Shown here: positions 18,215-26,996 of the stretch, piece by piece | Numbering within the stretch: position 1 is the stretch's first letter | How the letters are laid out: the number at the start of each line of letters is the position of its first letter | Position numbers and translations under genes: made by a program | Source of the DNA: Buchnera aphidicola (Neophyllaphis podocarpi) | Lineage (GTDB): Bacteria > Pseudomonadota > Gammaproteobacteria > Enterobacterales > Enterobacteriaceae | DNA length: 32,000 nt | Assembly (NCBI RefSeq): GCF_964059055.1 | Contig: NZ_OZ060386.1 | Coordinates: 210,001 to 242,000, forward strand | Reading direction: 5' to 3' | Notes under the pieces: generated by a model | What the model saw: only the letters and a program-made list of their open reading frames with translations | The model's database searches: none | What the model was told of the DNA's origin: nothing

Positions 18215-18478
18215 TTTTTATTTAAGTTATTTTTTATTAATTTTTTGTTTTTTGTTATTTTTTTTTATAAATGATATTATTTTATATTAATAAATTTTTA
18301 TCTTAAATTAGTATTTATTAAAATGTTTATTTTTAATTTATATAAAATACTATGTTAATTTTATTTATCTTTTTTATTTTAATAAAATAATTTGTGTGTA
18401 TTTTATATAATAGATTATGAATATTTTTATAATGTAAAAGATTTCTGATATTTTATTATAACATGAGACAATCAACTA

Positions 18479-19939
18479 ATGAAGAAAATAAATTTAGTAT
18501 TAAAAAGTTTTACTTCAATAATTTTATTTATGTTAGGTTCTTTTTTATTTATGTTTCAAGCTGTTTATGCTTCTTCATCATATAATAATTCTTTTTATAC
18601 CAATGACTTACCTACTTTAGCTCCTATGTTAGAAAAGGTTATGCCTGCAGTTATTAGTATTAATATTGATGGGCGAGCTTCTTTGTATGCTCATAATAGT
18701 CATTTATCTCCTTCTAATTCTAAATCTTTTTTTGGAGAAAATTCACCATTCTGTCAGGATGGATCTCCATTTCAAGGATCACCTTTATGTCAAGGAAATG
18801 GAAATCATAGTTCTACTCAAGAGAGATTTAGAGCTTTAGGTTCTGGTGTTATTATTGATGCAGTAAAAGGATATGCTGTTACTAATAATCATGTAATTGA
18901 AAATGCTGTTAAAATTCAGGTTCAACTTAATGATGCTCGTCACTGTGATGCTCAAATTTTAGTTCAAGATTCTAGATCTGATATAGCGTTAATTAAATTA
19001 AATGATTGTAATAATCTTACTTCTATAAAAATAGCAGATTCTAATTCTGTAAGAGTTGGAGATTATGCAGTTGCTATAGGTAATCCTTATGGGTTAGGTG
19101 AAACCGTGACATCTGGAATTATTTCTGCTTTAGGTAGAAGCGGATTGAATATTGAAAATTATGAAAATTTTATTCAAACTGATGCTGCTATTAATAGAGG
19201 AAATTCAGGAGGAGCTTTAATTAATTTAAACGGAGAACTAATAGGAATAAATACAGCTATTTTAGCTCCTGACGGTGGTAATATTGGTATTGGTTTTGCT
19301 ATACCTGGAAATATTGTAAATAATTTGGTTAAACAAATGGTTTCTTTTGGTAAAGTAAAACGTGGTGAATTGGGTATAATGGGTACTGAATTAAATTCTG
19401 AATTAGCTAAAGTTATGCAAATTGATGCACATAGAGGTGCTTTTGTTAGCCAAGTATTACCAAAATCAGAAGCTGATAGATCTGGCATTAAAGCTGGTGA
19501 TGTGATAGTTGAATTAAATAGAAAAAAAATATATAGTTTTTCTGCGTTACGTGCAGATATAGGTTCTTTACCTGTAGGTACAAAGATAGAATTAGGATTA
19601 TTACGTAGTAATGGTAGGATAGAATATATTAATCTTACTTTACAAAAATCTGGTAATGTTGTAGTCAAGGAACAAATAATAGATAAATATAACAGTATAG
19701 AGGGCGCTGATTTTATAGAGTTTAAAATAAATGGAAAAAATATAGTAAAAACTATTGAAGTTAAATATGAATCTAAAGCATATCGCATAGGATTAAGAAA
19801 AGATGATATTATTTTATCTATTAATAAAATAAAAATTTCTAATCTTAAAATTCTTCGTAATCTTCTTCATACTAAACCATCTGTTTTAGCTATTCATGTT
19901 CAACGTGGTTCAAATACACTTTATTTATTATTACAGTAA
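18479..19939 (+). CDS. degP: Periplasmic serine endoprotease/chaperone DegP (HtrA), two PDZ domains
   Basis: 486 aa with a signal peptide (...FQAVYA/SS). The catalytic triad contexts are conserved: TNNHV, RSDIALIK and GNSGGALINLNGELIGINTAILAPDGGNIGIGFAIP. LPTLAPMLEKVMPAVISINI and the end RGSNTLYLLLQ match E. coli DegP. Confidence 0.97.
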   Translation: MKKINLVLKSFTSIILFMLGSFLFMFQAVYASSSYNNSFYTNDLPTLAPMLEKVMPAVISINIDGRASLYAHNSHLSPSNSKSFFGENSPFCQDGSPFQGSPLCQGNGNHSSTQERFRALGSGVIIDAVKGYAVTNNHVIENAVKIQVQLNDARHCDAQILVQDSRSDIALIKLNDCNNLTSIKIADSNSVRVGDYAVAIGNPYGLGETVTSGIISALGRSGLNIENYENFIQTDAAINRGNSGGALINLNGELIGINTAILAPDGGNIGIGFAIPGNIVNNLVKQMVSFGKVKRGELGIMGTELNSELAKVMQIDAHRGAFVSQVLPKSEADRSGIKAGDVIVELNRKKIYSFSALRADIGSLPVGTKIELGLLRSNGRIEYINLTLQKSGNVVVKEQIIDKYNSIEGADFIEFKINGKNIVKTIEVKYESKAYRIGLRKDDIILSINKIKISNLKILRNLLHTKPSVLAIHVQRGSNTLYLLLQ

Positions 19940-19947
19940 AAATATTA

Positions 19948-19989
19948 ATATTCAACCTCTCATATTTATGAGAGGTTGAATATTTTTTT
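19948..19989. terminator. Bidirectional rho-independent terminator between convergent degP and dapD
   Basis: The stem ATATTCAACCTCTCATA (19948-19964) pairs with TATGAGAGGTTGAATAT (19967-19983). It is followed by T7 (19983-19989) on the plus strand, with an A/T-rich tail on the other side. It is the only G+C-containing long hairpin I saw in the window. Confidence 0.85.
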
Positions 19990-20007
19990 ATTTTTAATAT
20001 TTATTTT

Positions 20008-20832
20008 TTAATCAATGCTTCTTAATAGTTTATTTATTCCAACTTTACTTAAAGTTTTTAAATCTACTTTTTTAACAATAATTGCACTGTACAAGCTATA
20101 TTCATTATTTTTTGAAGGAATATTACCTGGTACTACTACTGATCCAGATGGTACTATACCATAATATATTTTTTTATCTTCTCTATCATATATCTTAGTG
20201 CTTTTTCCTATATAAACTCCCATTGATATAACAGATCCTTTTTTTATTATTACTCCTTCTACTATTTCAGATCTAGCACCTATAAAACAATTATCTTCTA
20301 TAATTGTAGGATTAGATTGCAAAGGTTCTAATACACCTCCTATACCTACTCCTCCTGATATATGTACATTTTTTCCTATTTGCGCACACGAACCTATAGT
20401 TGCCCAGGTGTCAATCATGCTACCTTCATCAATATATGCTCCTATATTTACATAAGAAGGCATTAATATGCTTTTTTTTCCTATAAAAGATCCAAATCTA
20501 GCAGTTGCTGGAGGTACTATTCTTATTTCTTCTTCTATGAATTTTTCTTTATTATATTCATTGAATTTTAATGGTATTTTATCAAAAAATAAATTTTCTG
20601 ACCCTTTTATAACTTTGTTTTTTTTAATTTTAAAATATAATAATATAGCTTTTTTAATCCATTCATTAGTAGTCCATATACCTTGATTTTTCTCTGATAC
20701 CCTAATTATTCCTGAATTTAATAACGAAATTACTTTATAAATTTTTTCTTTATCTATATTTTTGATTGATTTTGTATTTATATTTTCAATATTTTTAAAT
20801 TGATGTTCAATATTTTTTTTTAGTTCTATCAT
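20008..20832 (-). CDS. dapD: Tetrahydrodipicolinate N-succinyltransferase
   Basis: The ORF track gives 20008..20844 ([10 protein letters not shown]). Starting at MIELKK gives 274 aa, matching E. coli DapD (MQQLQNIIE...). [67 protein letters not shown] is nearly identical to E. coli. Confidence 0.95.
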   Translation of the reverse strand: MIELKKNIEHQFKNIENINTKSIKNIDKEKIYKVISLLNSGIIRVSEKNQGIWTTNEWIKKAILLYFKIKKNKVIKGSENLFFDKIPLKFNEYNKEKFIEEEIRIVPPATARFGSFIGKKSILMPSYVNIGAYIDEGSMIDTWATIGSCAQIGKNVHISGGVGIGGVLEPLQSNPTIIEDNCFIGARSEIVEGVIIKKGSVISMGVYIGKSTKIYDREDKKIYYGIVPSGSVVVPGNIPSKNNEYSLYSAIIVKKVDLKTLSKVGINKLLRSID

Positions 20833-20880
20833 TTTTAATACCATTTTTAGATTAAAGTTAATATTTAATTTTATTATTAA

Positions 20881-21663
20881 TTAATTTCTAATAATTTTAT
20901 TTATTGTATCTGTTTTATTTAAAGTTAATATTTCACAACCTTCTTCAGTAACTAATATAGTATGTTCATATTGAGCTGATAAACTTTTATCTTTTGTTAT
21001 TACTGTCCATCCATCTTCTATACATTTAGTTTGTGGTTTACCTGAATTTATCATAGGTTCAATTGTAAATGTCATACCTGGTTTTAATATTAATCCATTA
21101 TCATGTGTTTCATAATGTAAAACTTGAGGATATTCATGAAAAAATTTTCCTATTCCATGTCCGCAGTATTCTTTTACAATAGAAAATTTTGTATTTGCAA
21201 TGTAATTTTGTATTGATTTACCAATTTTATTTAACCTAATTCCTGGTTTTATTATTTTTATTGCTTCATATAGACTTTTTTTTGTTTTTTCACATAATTT
21301 TTTTCCTAGTTTGTTATATTCTCCTACAACAAACATTTTAGATGTATCTCCATGATATCCATTTTTTATTACTGTAATATCGATATTTATTATATCTCCT
21401 ATTTTTAGCACTTGTTTATTACTAGGAATTCCATGGCATACTACTTCATTTACAGAAGTACATATTGATTTAGGAAAACCTTTATAACCTAAACATGCTG
21501 ATTTTGCTTTTTGTTCCATTATAAGTTTATTACAGATATTATTTATTCTTTCGGTTGTAATTCCTGGTTCTATATATTTTTCAATTTTATCTATTATTAC
21601 TGCTGCGCATTTACCAGCAATACGCATTTTTTTTATTTCTTGCTTTGTTTTAATAATATTCAT
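20881..21663 (-). CDS. map: Methionine aminopeptidase (type I)
   Basis: 260 aa. Matches to E. coli Map: EVVCHGIP, DITVIKNGYHGDTSKMF, EYCGHGIG, TFTIEPM and SAQYEHT. Confidence 0.97.
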   Translation of the reverse strand: MNIIKTKQEIKKMRIAGKCAAVIIDKIEKYIEPGITTERINNICNKLIMEQKAKSACLGYKGFPKSICTSVNEVVCHGIPSNKQVLKIGDIINIDITVIKNGYHGDTSKMFVVGEYNKLGKKLCEKTKKSLYEAIKIIKPGIRLNKIGKSIQNYIANTKFSIVKEYCGHGIGKFFHEYPQVLHYETHDNGLILKPGMTFTIEPMINSGKPQTKCIEDGWTVITKDKSLSAQYEHTILVTEEGCEILTLNKTDTINKIIRN

Positions 21664-21776
21664 TATATTTTTATATTAACTAATAAAAGTTTACATTTAT
21701 GTGTTATAGAATGTATTCTATTTAATAAAATTACATTTTATTATAAAATAACTATTTTTATAATAATTAAATCATA

Positions 21777-21785
21777 TGATATAAT
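21777..21785 (+). promoter_or_regulatory. Possible extended -10 element (TGaTATAAT) for rpsB-tsf
   Basis: TG at 21777-78 and TATAAT at 21780-85, 22 nt upstream of the rpsB ATG. TATAAT-like strings are frequent by chance in DNA this A+T-rich, so support is weak. Confidence 0.25.
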
Positions 21786-21807
21786 CAATTTATTTTTGGG
21801 GTAATAA

Positions 21808-22521
21808 ATGTTAACAGTTTCAATGAGAGATATGCTTCAAGCTGGTGTGCATTTTGGACATCAAACTCGTTATTGGAATCCAAAAATGAAACCTTTCATT
21901 TTTGGTTCAAGAAATAAAGTTCATATTATTAATTTAGAAAAAACACTTCCTATGTTTAATATTGCTTTAAAAAATTTAAATAAAATTTCTTTAAAAAAAG
22001 GAAAAATTTTATTTGTTGGCACAAAACGTTCTGCTAGAAAATTAATTAAAGATACAGCACTTCGTTGTAATCAATTTTATGTAAATCATCGTTGGTTAGG
22101 AGGTATGTTAACAAATTGGAAAACAGTTCGTCAGTCTATAAATAGGTTGAAAGATTTAGAATTACAATTACAGAATGGCACTGTTGATAAATTGACAAAA
22201 AAGGAAGCATTGTTACATTCAAGAGAATTAATAAAACTAGAAAATAGTTTAGGTGGTATTAAATCTATGGGTGGATTACCAGATGCTGTATTTGTTATAG
22301 ATGCTGAACATGAACATATAGCAATTAAAGAATCTAATAATTTAGGAATATTAGTTTTTTCTGTTGTAGATACTAATTCTAGTCCTGATGGAGTAGATTT
22401 TATAATTCCAGGAAATGATGATGCTATAAGATCAATAGAATTATATTTAAATGCTGTATCGAACGCAATAACTTTTAATGTTAATAATAAAAAAACAAAT
22501 TCTACTAATGTAGTGATTTAG
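21808..22521 (+). CDS. rpsB: 30S ribosomal protein S2
   Basis: 237 aa. [43 protein letters not shown] is nearly identical to E. coli S2. GGGG lies 6 nt upstream of the ATG. Confidence 0.98.
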   Translation: MLTVSMRDMLQAGVHFGHQTRYWNPKMKPFIFGSRNKVHIINLEKTLPMFNIALKNLNKISLKKGKILFVGTKRSARKLIKDTALRCNQFYVNHRWLGGMLTNWKTVRQSINRLKDLELQLQNGTVDKLTKKEALLHSRELIKLENSLGGIKSMGGLPDAVFVIDAEHEHIAIKESNNLGILVFSVVDTNSSPDGVDFIIPGNDDAIRSIELYLNAVSNAITFNVNNKKTNSTNVVI

Positions 22522-22555
22522 ATTTTAATATTTTTTAATTTTTTATTTAAATATC

Positions 22556-22590
22556 ATGAAATAAGTTGTTTTAACTTCAGCTTATTTCAT
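22556..22590 (+). promoter_or_regulatory. Hairpin in the rpsB-tsf spacer (possible attenuator or processing structure)
   Basis: ATGAAATAAGTTG (22556-68) pairs with CAGCTTATTTCAT (22578-90). That is 13 pairs including one G-U, with a 9-nt loop. No clean T-run follows, so it is not a canonical terminator. Confidence 0.4.
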
Positions 22591-22633
22591 ATTAAATTTA
22601 TAAAATTTTATATATTAAACAAAGGAAATTATA

Positions 22634-23449
22634 ATGAAAAATATTACAGTTAATTTGATTAAGAAATTAAGAAATATTACAGGAATAAGTATTTTAGATT
22701 GCAAATATGCTTTGGTAAAATCTAAAGGAGATATTAATCTTGCTATAGATAATTTACGTAAGTCTGGAATTGTTAAAGCTCAAAATAGATCTATATATAA
22801 TACAAATGAAGGAGCTATTTTTGTTTGTGTTAAAGATAATATTGGTGTTTTAGTTGAATTAAATTGTGAAACAGATTTTGTTGCTAAAAACATTGATTTT
22901 ATTTCTTTTGGTAATAAAATTGTTAATTACATTATTAATAATAATTTTATTAAATTAACTAATTTAAAAGAAACCTTTAAAAATAAAATCAGTTTATTAA
23001 TATCTAAATTTGGTGAGAATATAAATATAAAACGCTTTAAATTATTAAAAGGTGATTACATAGATTATTATTTGCATAATAATAATAAAATAGGAGTTTT
23101 ATTATTAGTTGATAAATTTAATAGTGATCCTAATAAAATAAAATTTATAAAAAATATTACAATGCATATTGCGGCTAGTAATCCTATTTCTATATATTCA
23201 AATGATATACCAAATAAAATTATTGATAAAGAAATCGAAATTCAAAAATCTCTAGCAATTAAAATATCTGACAATCCTAAGATAATAAAACAAATAGTTG
23301 ACGGTAGAATCAAAAAGTTTATTAATTCATTAACATTATGTAAACAGAAATTTATTTTCGATACTAGTAAAAATGTTGAATGGTTTTTAAAAAATTATGA
23401 AATAAATTTAAAAAAATTTATTAGATTTGAAATTAATAATAAAAGTTAG
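22634..23449 (+). CDS. tsf: Elongation factor Ts
   Basis: 271 aa. Matches: LIKKLRNITGISILDCKYAL...GDINLAIDNLRKSG, ELNCETDFVAKN, MHIAASNP and the IRFE end. AGGA lies upstream. Confidence 0.95.
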   Translation: MKNITVNLIKKLRNITGISILDCKYALVKSKGDINLAIDNLRKSGIVKAQNRSIYNTNEGAIFVCVKDNIGVLVELNCETDFVAKNIDFISFGNKIVNYIINNNFIKLTNLKETFKNKISLLISKFGENINIKRFKLLKGDYIDYYLHNNNKIGVLLLVDKFNSDPNKIKFIKNITMHIAASNPISIYSNDIPNKIIDKEIEIQKSLAIKISDNPKIIKQIVDGRIKKFINSLTLCKQKFIFDTSKNVEWFLKNYEINLKKFIRFEINNKS

Positions 23450-23484
23450 TATTTAATTCTTTATATAATTTATAGAAATACTTT

Positions 23485-24213
23485 ATGCATACTAAAATTA
23501 AGCCTATATATAAACGTGTTTTATTAAAAATTAGCGGCGAGTCTTTACAAGGGAAAAAAGATTTTGGAATAGATTCTACTTTTCTTAATCGTATAATTAA
23601 AGAAATCAAAATTTTAATTAGTTTTGGTATTCAAATAGCAATTGTGATTGGTGGTGGTAATTTATTTAGAGGATCTTGTTTTTCAAATTTAGGGATTAAT
23701 CGTATATTTGCAGATAATATAGGTATGTTATCAACTATAATAAATGGTTTAGCTATACATGGTTTTATGAGTAAATTTTCAATTAATTCTTATTTAATGT
23801 CCTCGTTTTGTATACCAAGTATATGTGAAGTTTATAATCGTGAAAAAGCAATTAAATTAATAAGTAATAACTCTTTAGTAATTTTTGCTGGAGGAATAGG
23901 AAATCCTTTATTTACCACTGATTCTGCAGCATGTTTAAGAGCTATTGAAACTGATTCAGAGATTGTTTTAAAAGCTACTAATGTTAATGGGGTATATTCA
24001 GATGATCCTAAAAAAAATTCAAATGCTATTTTTTATGATAGTATTAGATATAAAGATGTAATAAATAACAAATTAAAAATTATGGATTCTTGTTCTTTAA
24101 TATTAGCTCGTGATTATAATTTACCTATTAGGGTATTTAACATTAATAAACATATGTCTATATATAAAGCTGCAATAGGCATTAAAGAAGGTACTTTAAT
24201 TTATGACAGATAA
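23485..24213 (+). CDS. pyrH: Uridylate (UMP) kinase
   Basis: 242 aa (E. coli 241). Matches: KPIYKRVLLKISGESLQG, GIQIAIVIGGGNLFRG, GNPLFTTDSAACLRAIE, LKATNVNGVYSDDP and LPIRVFN. Confidence 0.97.
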   Translation: MHTKIKPIYKRVLLKISGESLQGKKDFGIDSTFLNRIIKEIKILISFGIQIAIVIGGGNLFRGSCFSNLGINRIFADNIGMLSTIINGLAIHGFMSKFSINSYLMSSFCIPSICEVYNREKAIKLISNNSLVIFAGGIGNPLFTTDSAACLRAIETDSEIVLKATNVNGVYSDDPKKNSNAIFYDSIRYKDVINNKLKIMDSCSLILARDYNLPIRVFNINKHMSIYKAAIGIKEGTLIYDR

Positions 24214-24257
24214 TTAAATATTAGTACTTTTAATTTTTTTGGATGAGAAATTTAAAA

Positions 24258-24818
24258 ATGATTAACAATATTATAAATAAAAATTCTATAAAAATGCAAA
24301 AATGTATTAAGGTTTTTAAATCTAATTTAAATAAAATTAATACTGGTAGAGCTTCTACTTTATTAATTGAAAATCTCATGGTTGATTATTATAATGTTAT
24401 GACTCCGTTAAAGCAAATTTCTAATATTACTGTTGAGAATGCTAATCTTTTAAAAATTACTGTTTTTGATAATTCTATAGTTAAAAGTATTGAAAAAAGT
24501 ATTTTATCTTCTGAATTAAATTTAAATCCTATATCTAAAACTAATAATTGTATTTTAGTTCCTATACCTTTATTAACAGAAGATCGTCGAATAAACTTAA
24601 TTAAAATAATTCAAAGGTATGCAGAAAAAACTAGGATTTGTATAAGAAATATTAGAAAAATATCTAAAGATAAAATTAAATTATTATTAAAAAATAAGGA
24701 AATTAGTTTAGATCAAGATCGTTATGCAGAAAATAAAATTCAAACATTAACTGATGATTATATATCAGAAACTGAAATTATTTTATCTAAAAAAAAATTA
24801 GAAATTAAAAAAGTATAA
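24258..24818 (+). CDS. frr: Ribosome recycling factor
   Basis: The ORF track starts at 24243 (MRNLKM...). Starting at ATG 24258 gives 186 aa against 185 in E. coli and aligns M..KC...FK......I.TGRAS. Other matches are LNLNP, VPIPLLTEDRR and KEIS.D. Confidence 0.93.
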   Translation: MINNIINKNSIKMQKCIKVFKSNLNKINTGRASTLLIENLMVDYYNVMTPLKQISNITVENANLLKITVFDNSIVKSIEKSILSSELNLNPISKTNNCILVPIPLLTEDRRINLIKIIQRYAEKTRICIRNIRKISKDKIKLLLKNKEISLDQDRYAENKIQTLTDDYISETEIILSKKKLEIKKV

Positions 24819-24891
24819 TAATATTATATAAATAAATTTTATGTTTTAATACATAATTATCTAATTATAATTTTAAATTAAAAGTATTTTT

Positions 24892-26082
24892 ATGATTCAA
24901 TTAACTATTCTTGGTTCTACTGGTTCTGTTGGAATAAATACTTTATTGGTAATAAAAAGATATCCAGATTTATTTAAAATCAAAGCTTTAGTAGCTGGTA
25001 AAAATGTTGATGTTATGTTAAATCAATGTTTAGAATTCAATCCTGAATTAATTTCAATGAAAGAAGAAAAATATGCTAAATTATTACGACAAAAATTAAA
25101 ATCGTTTAATTTAAAAGTTCAAGTATTATCAGGAATTAAATCAGCTTGTGATTTAGCATCTTTAAATGAAGTTGATACAGTTATTTCTGCTATTGTGGGT
25201 ATTCAGGGTCTTATGCCTACTTTTTGCGCTATTAAAGCAGGAAAAACTATATTATTAGCTAATAAAGAATCTTTGATTGTTTGCGGGCAATTATTTATGC
25301 GAGAGTTATCTGTTAGCGGAGCTAAATTATTACCAATTGATAGCGAACATAGTGCTATTTTTCAGAATTTACCTAAAAAAGTCCAAGAAAAATTAGGTTT
25401 TGCTGATCTTAAAAAAAATGGAATTAAATCAATTATTTTAACAGGTTCAGGAGGTCCTTTTTTGAAAACTCCATTAGAAGAATTTTCTAATATTTTACCT
25501 GAGCATGCTATATCTCATCCAAATTGGAAAATGGGTAAAAAAATTTCTGTAGATTCTGCAACTATGATGAATAAAGGTTTAGAATATATTGAAGCTAGAT
25601 TGTTATTCAATGCTTCAGATTCAGAAATAGAAATAGTTATTCATCCTCAGTCAATAGTTCATTCCATGGTATGCTACTTTGATGGTAGTATATTGGCCCA
25701 TTTAGGAGCTAAAGATATGAGAATACCTATATCTTATGCTCTTACATGGCCTAATAGAATTTATTCTGGATCTGATTATTTGAATATATCTTCTATAAAA
25801 AATTTGTCTTTTTATCCTCCTGATTTTACCAGATATCCTTGTTTAAAATTAGCAATTGAAACATTTATTGAAGGACAGTCAGCAATAATCATATTGAATG
25901 CAGCTAATGAGATAGCTGTAGAAGCATTTTTAAGGAAAAAGATTAGTTTTAATTCTATTTATAAATTAAATAAATCTGTAGTTATGTCTTTTTCATATCC
26001 AGAACCTAAATCTATTGAAGATATTCTAGAAATTGATAGAAGAGCTCGTATTATAGCTTTAAATAAAATAAGTTTATTTTAG
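24892..26082 (+). CDS. dxr: 1-deoxy-D-xylulose 5-phosphate reductoisomerase
   Basis: 396 aa. Matches to E. coli Dxr: LTILGSTGS.G, LVAGKNV, ILLANKESL, P.DSEHSAIFQ, LTGSGGPF, HPNW.MG.KISVDSATMMNKGLE.IEA and HPQS.VHSMV. Confidence 0.97.
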   Translation: MIQLTILGSTGSVGINTLLVIKRYPDLFKIKALVAGKNVDVMLNQCLEFNPELISMKEEKYAKLLRQKLKSFNLKVQVLSGIKSACDLASLNEVDTVISAIVGIQGLMPTFCAIKAGKTILLANKESLIVCGQLFMRELSVSGAKLLPIDSEHSAIFQNLPKKVQEKLGFADLKKNGIKSIILTGSGGPFLKTPLEEFSNILPEHAISHPNWKMGKKISVDSATMMNKGLEYIEARLLFNASDSEIEIVIHPQSIVHSMVCYFDGSILAHLGAKDMRIPISYALTWPNRIYSGSDYLNISSIKNLSFYPPDFTRYPCLKLAIETFIEGQSAIIILNAANEIAVEAFLRKKISFNSIYKLNKSVVMSFSYPEPKSIEDILEIDRRARIIALNKISLF

Positions 26083-26147
26083 TATTTAGGAAAAAATATT
26101 TATTTTTTGTATATAACTTTTAATCAACATACATAGAAAAATTATCT

Positions 26148-26888
26148 ATGAATTATATTTATAACTCCAAAAAAAAATTTGATTTTATAAAAAATAATAT
26201 TAATCATATTGCAATTATTATGGATGGCAATAGAAGATGGGCTATTAATAAGAATAAATCTTATATTGATGGTCATAAAGCTGGTGTTAAAGCTGTAAAA
26301 AAAATTATTAAATATTCTATTATTTGTAATTTAAAAGTGTTGACTTTGTATGCTTTTAGTAGTGAAAATTTAAATAGATCTAAACAAGAAGTCGAATCTT
26401 TAATAAATTTGTTTTTAGTGGTTTTAAATTCTGATTTAGATATTTTATATAAAAATAATATAAAATTAAGAATCATTGGTGATATTAGTTTGTTTGGTTC
26501 TTTCTTTAAAAATAGTATTTTACATGCACATGAATTAACAAAACTTAATACTGGATTATTACTTAATATTGCAATTAATTATGGAGGAAGATGGGATATT
26601 ATTCAAGGAATAAAAAAACTTATATCTAAAATTAAGTATAAAAAAATATCCTCAGAAAGTATTAATGAAAACTATTTATCTAAATTTTTATGTATTGATA
26701 GCAAAATTCCAGTTGATTTAGTTATTAGAACTGGAGGAGAATATAGAATTAGTAATTTTATGTTATGGCAAATTGCATATTCTGAGTTGTATTTTACAAA
26801 TACATTATGGCCTGATTTTAATGAACATAGTTTTCAACTAGCTATTAAAGAATTTTTAAAACGTGATAGACGTTTTGGTGGTAGTTAA
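26148..26888 (+). CDS. uppS: Undecaprenyl diphosphate synthase
   Basis: 246 aa. Matches to E. coli UppS: HIAIIMDGN.RWA, GH.AG, LTLYAFSSEN.NR, NYGGRWDI, DLVIRTGGE.RISNF.LWQ.AY.E.YF and RFGG. Confidence 0.96.
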   Translation: MNYIYNSKKKFDFIKNNINHIAIIMDGNRRWAINKNKSYIDGHKAGVKAVKKIIKYSIICNLKVLTLYAFSSENLNRSKQEVESLINLFLVVLNSDLDILYKNNIKLRIIGDISLFGSFFKNSILHAHELTKLNTGLLLNIAINYGGRWDIIQGIKKLISKIKYKKISSESINENYLSKFLCIDSKIPVDLVIRTGGEYRISNFMLWQIAYSELYFTNTLWPDFNEHSFQLAIKEFLKRDRRFGGS

Positions 26889-26996
26889 ATAATTATTATA
26901 ATTTTAATTACTAAAATTAAAATTTTAACAATATTTGATAAAAATATTATTTTTAATGTATGATAAGTTCATTATTTTTAAAAATAAAATTATTAT

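Noticed and set aside
18215-18478. Hidden small gene, tRNA or sRNA in the 328-bp ilvI-degP spacer
   Set aside because: The sequence is almost pure A/T with no G+C-rich stems, no tRNA-like cloverleaf and no ORF with an SD. Nothing beyond the palindrome and promoter-like strings can be supported.
19174-19788. 204-aa minus-strand ORF inside degP
   Set aside because: It lies entirely within the strongly conserved degP coding sequence on the opposite strand. The translated sequence is low-complexity with no recognisable motifs. It is a long shadow ORF favoured by the locally higher G+C.
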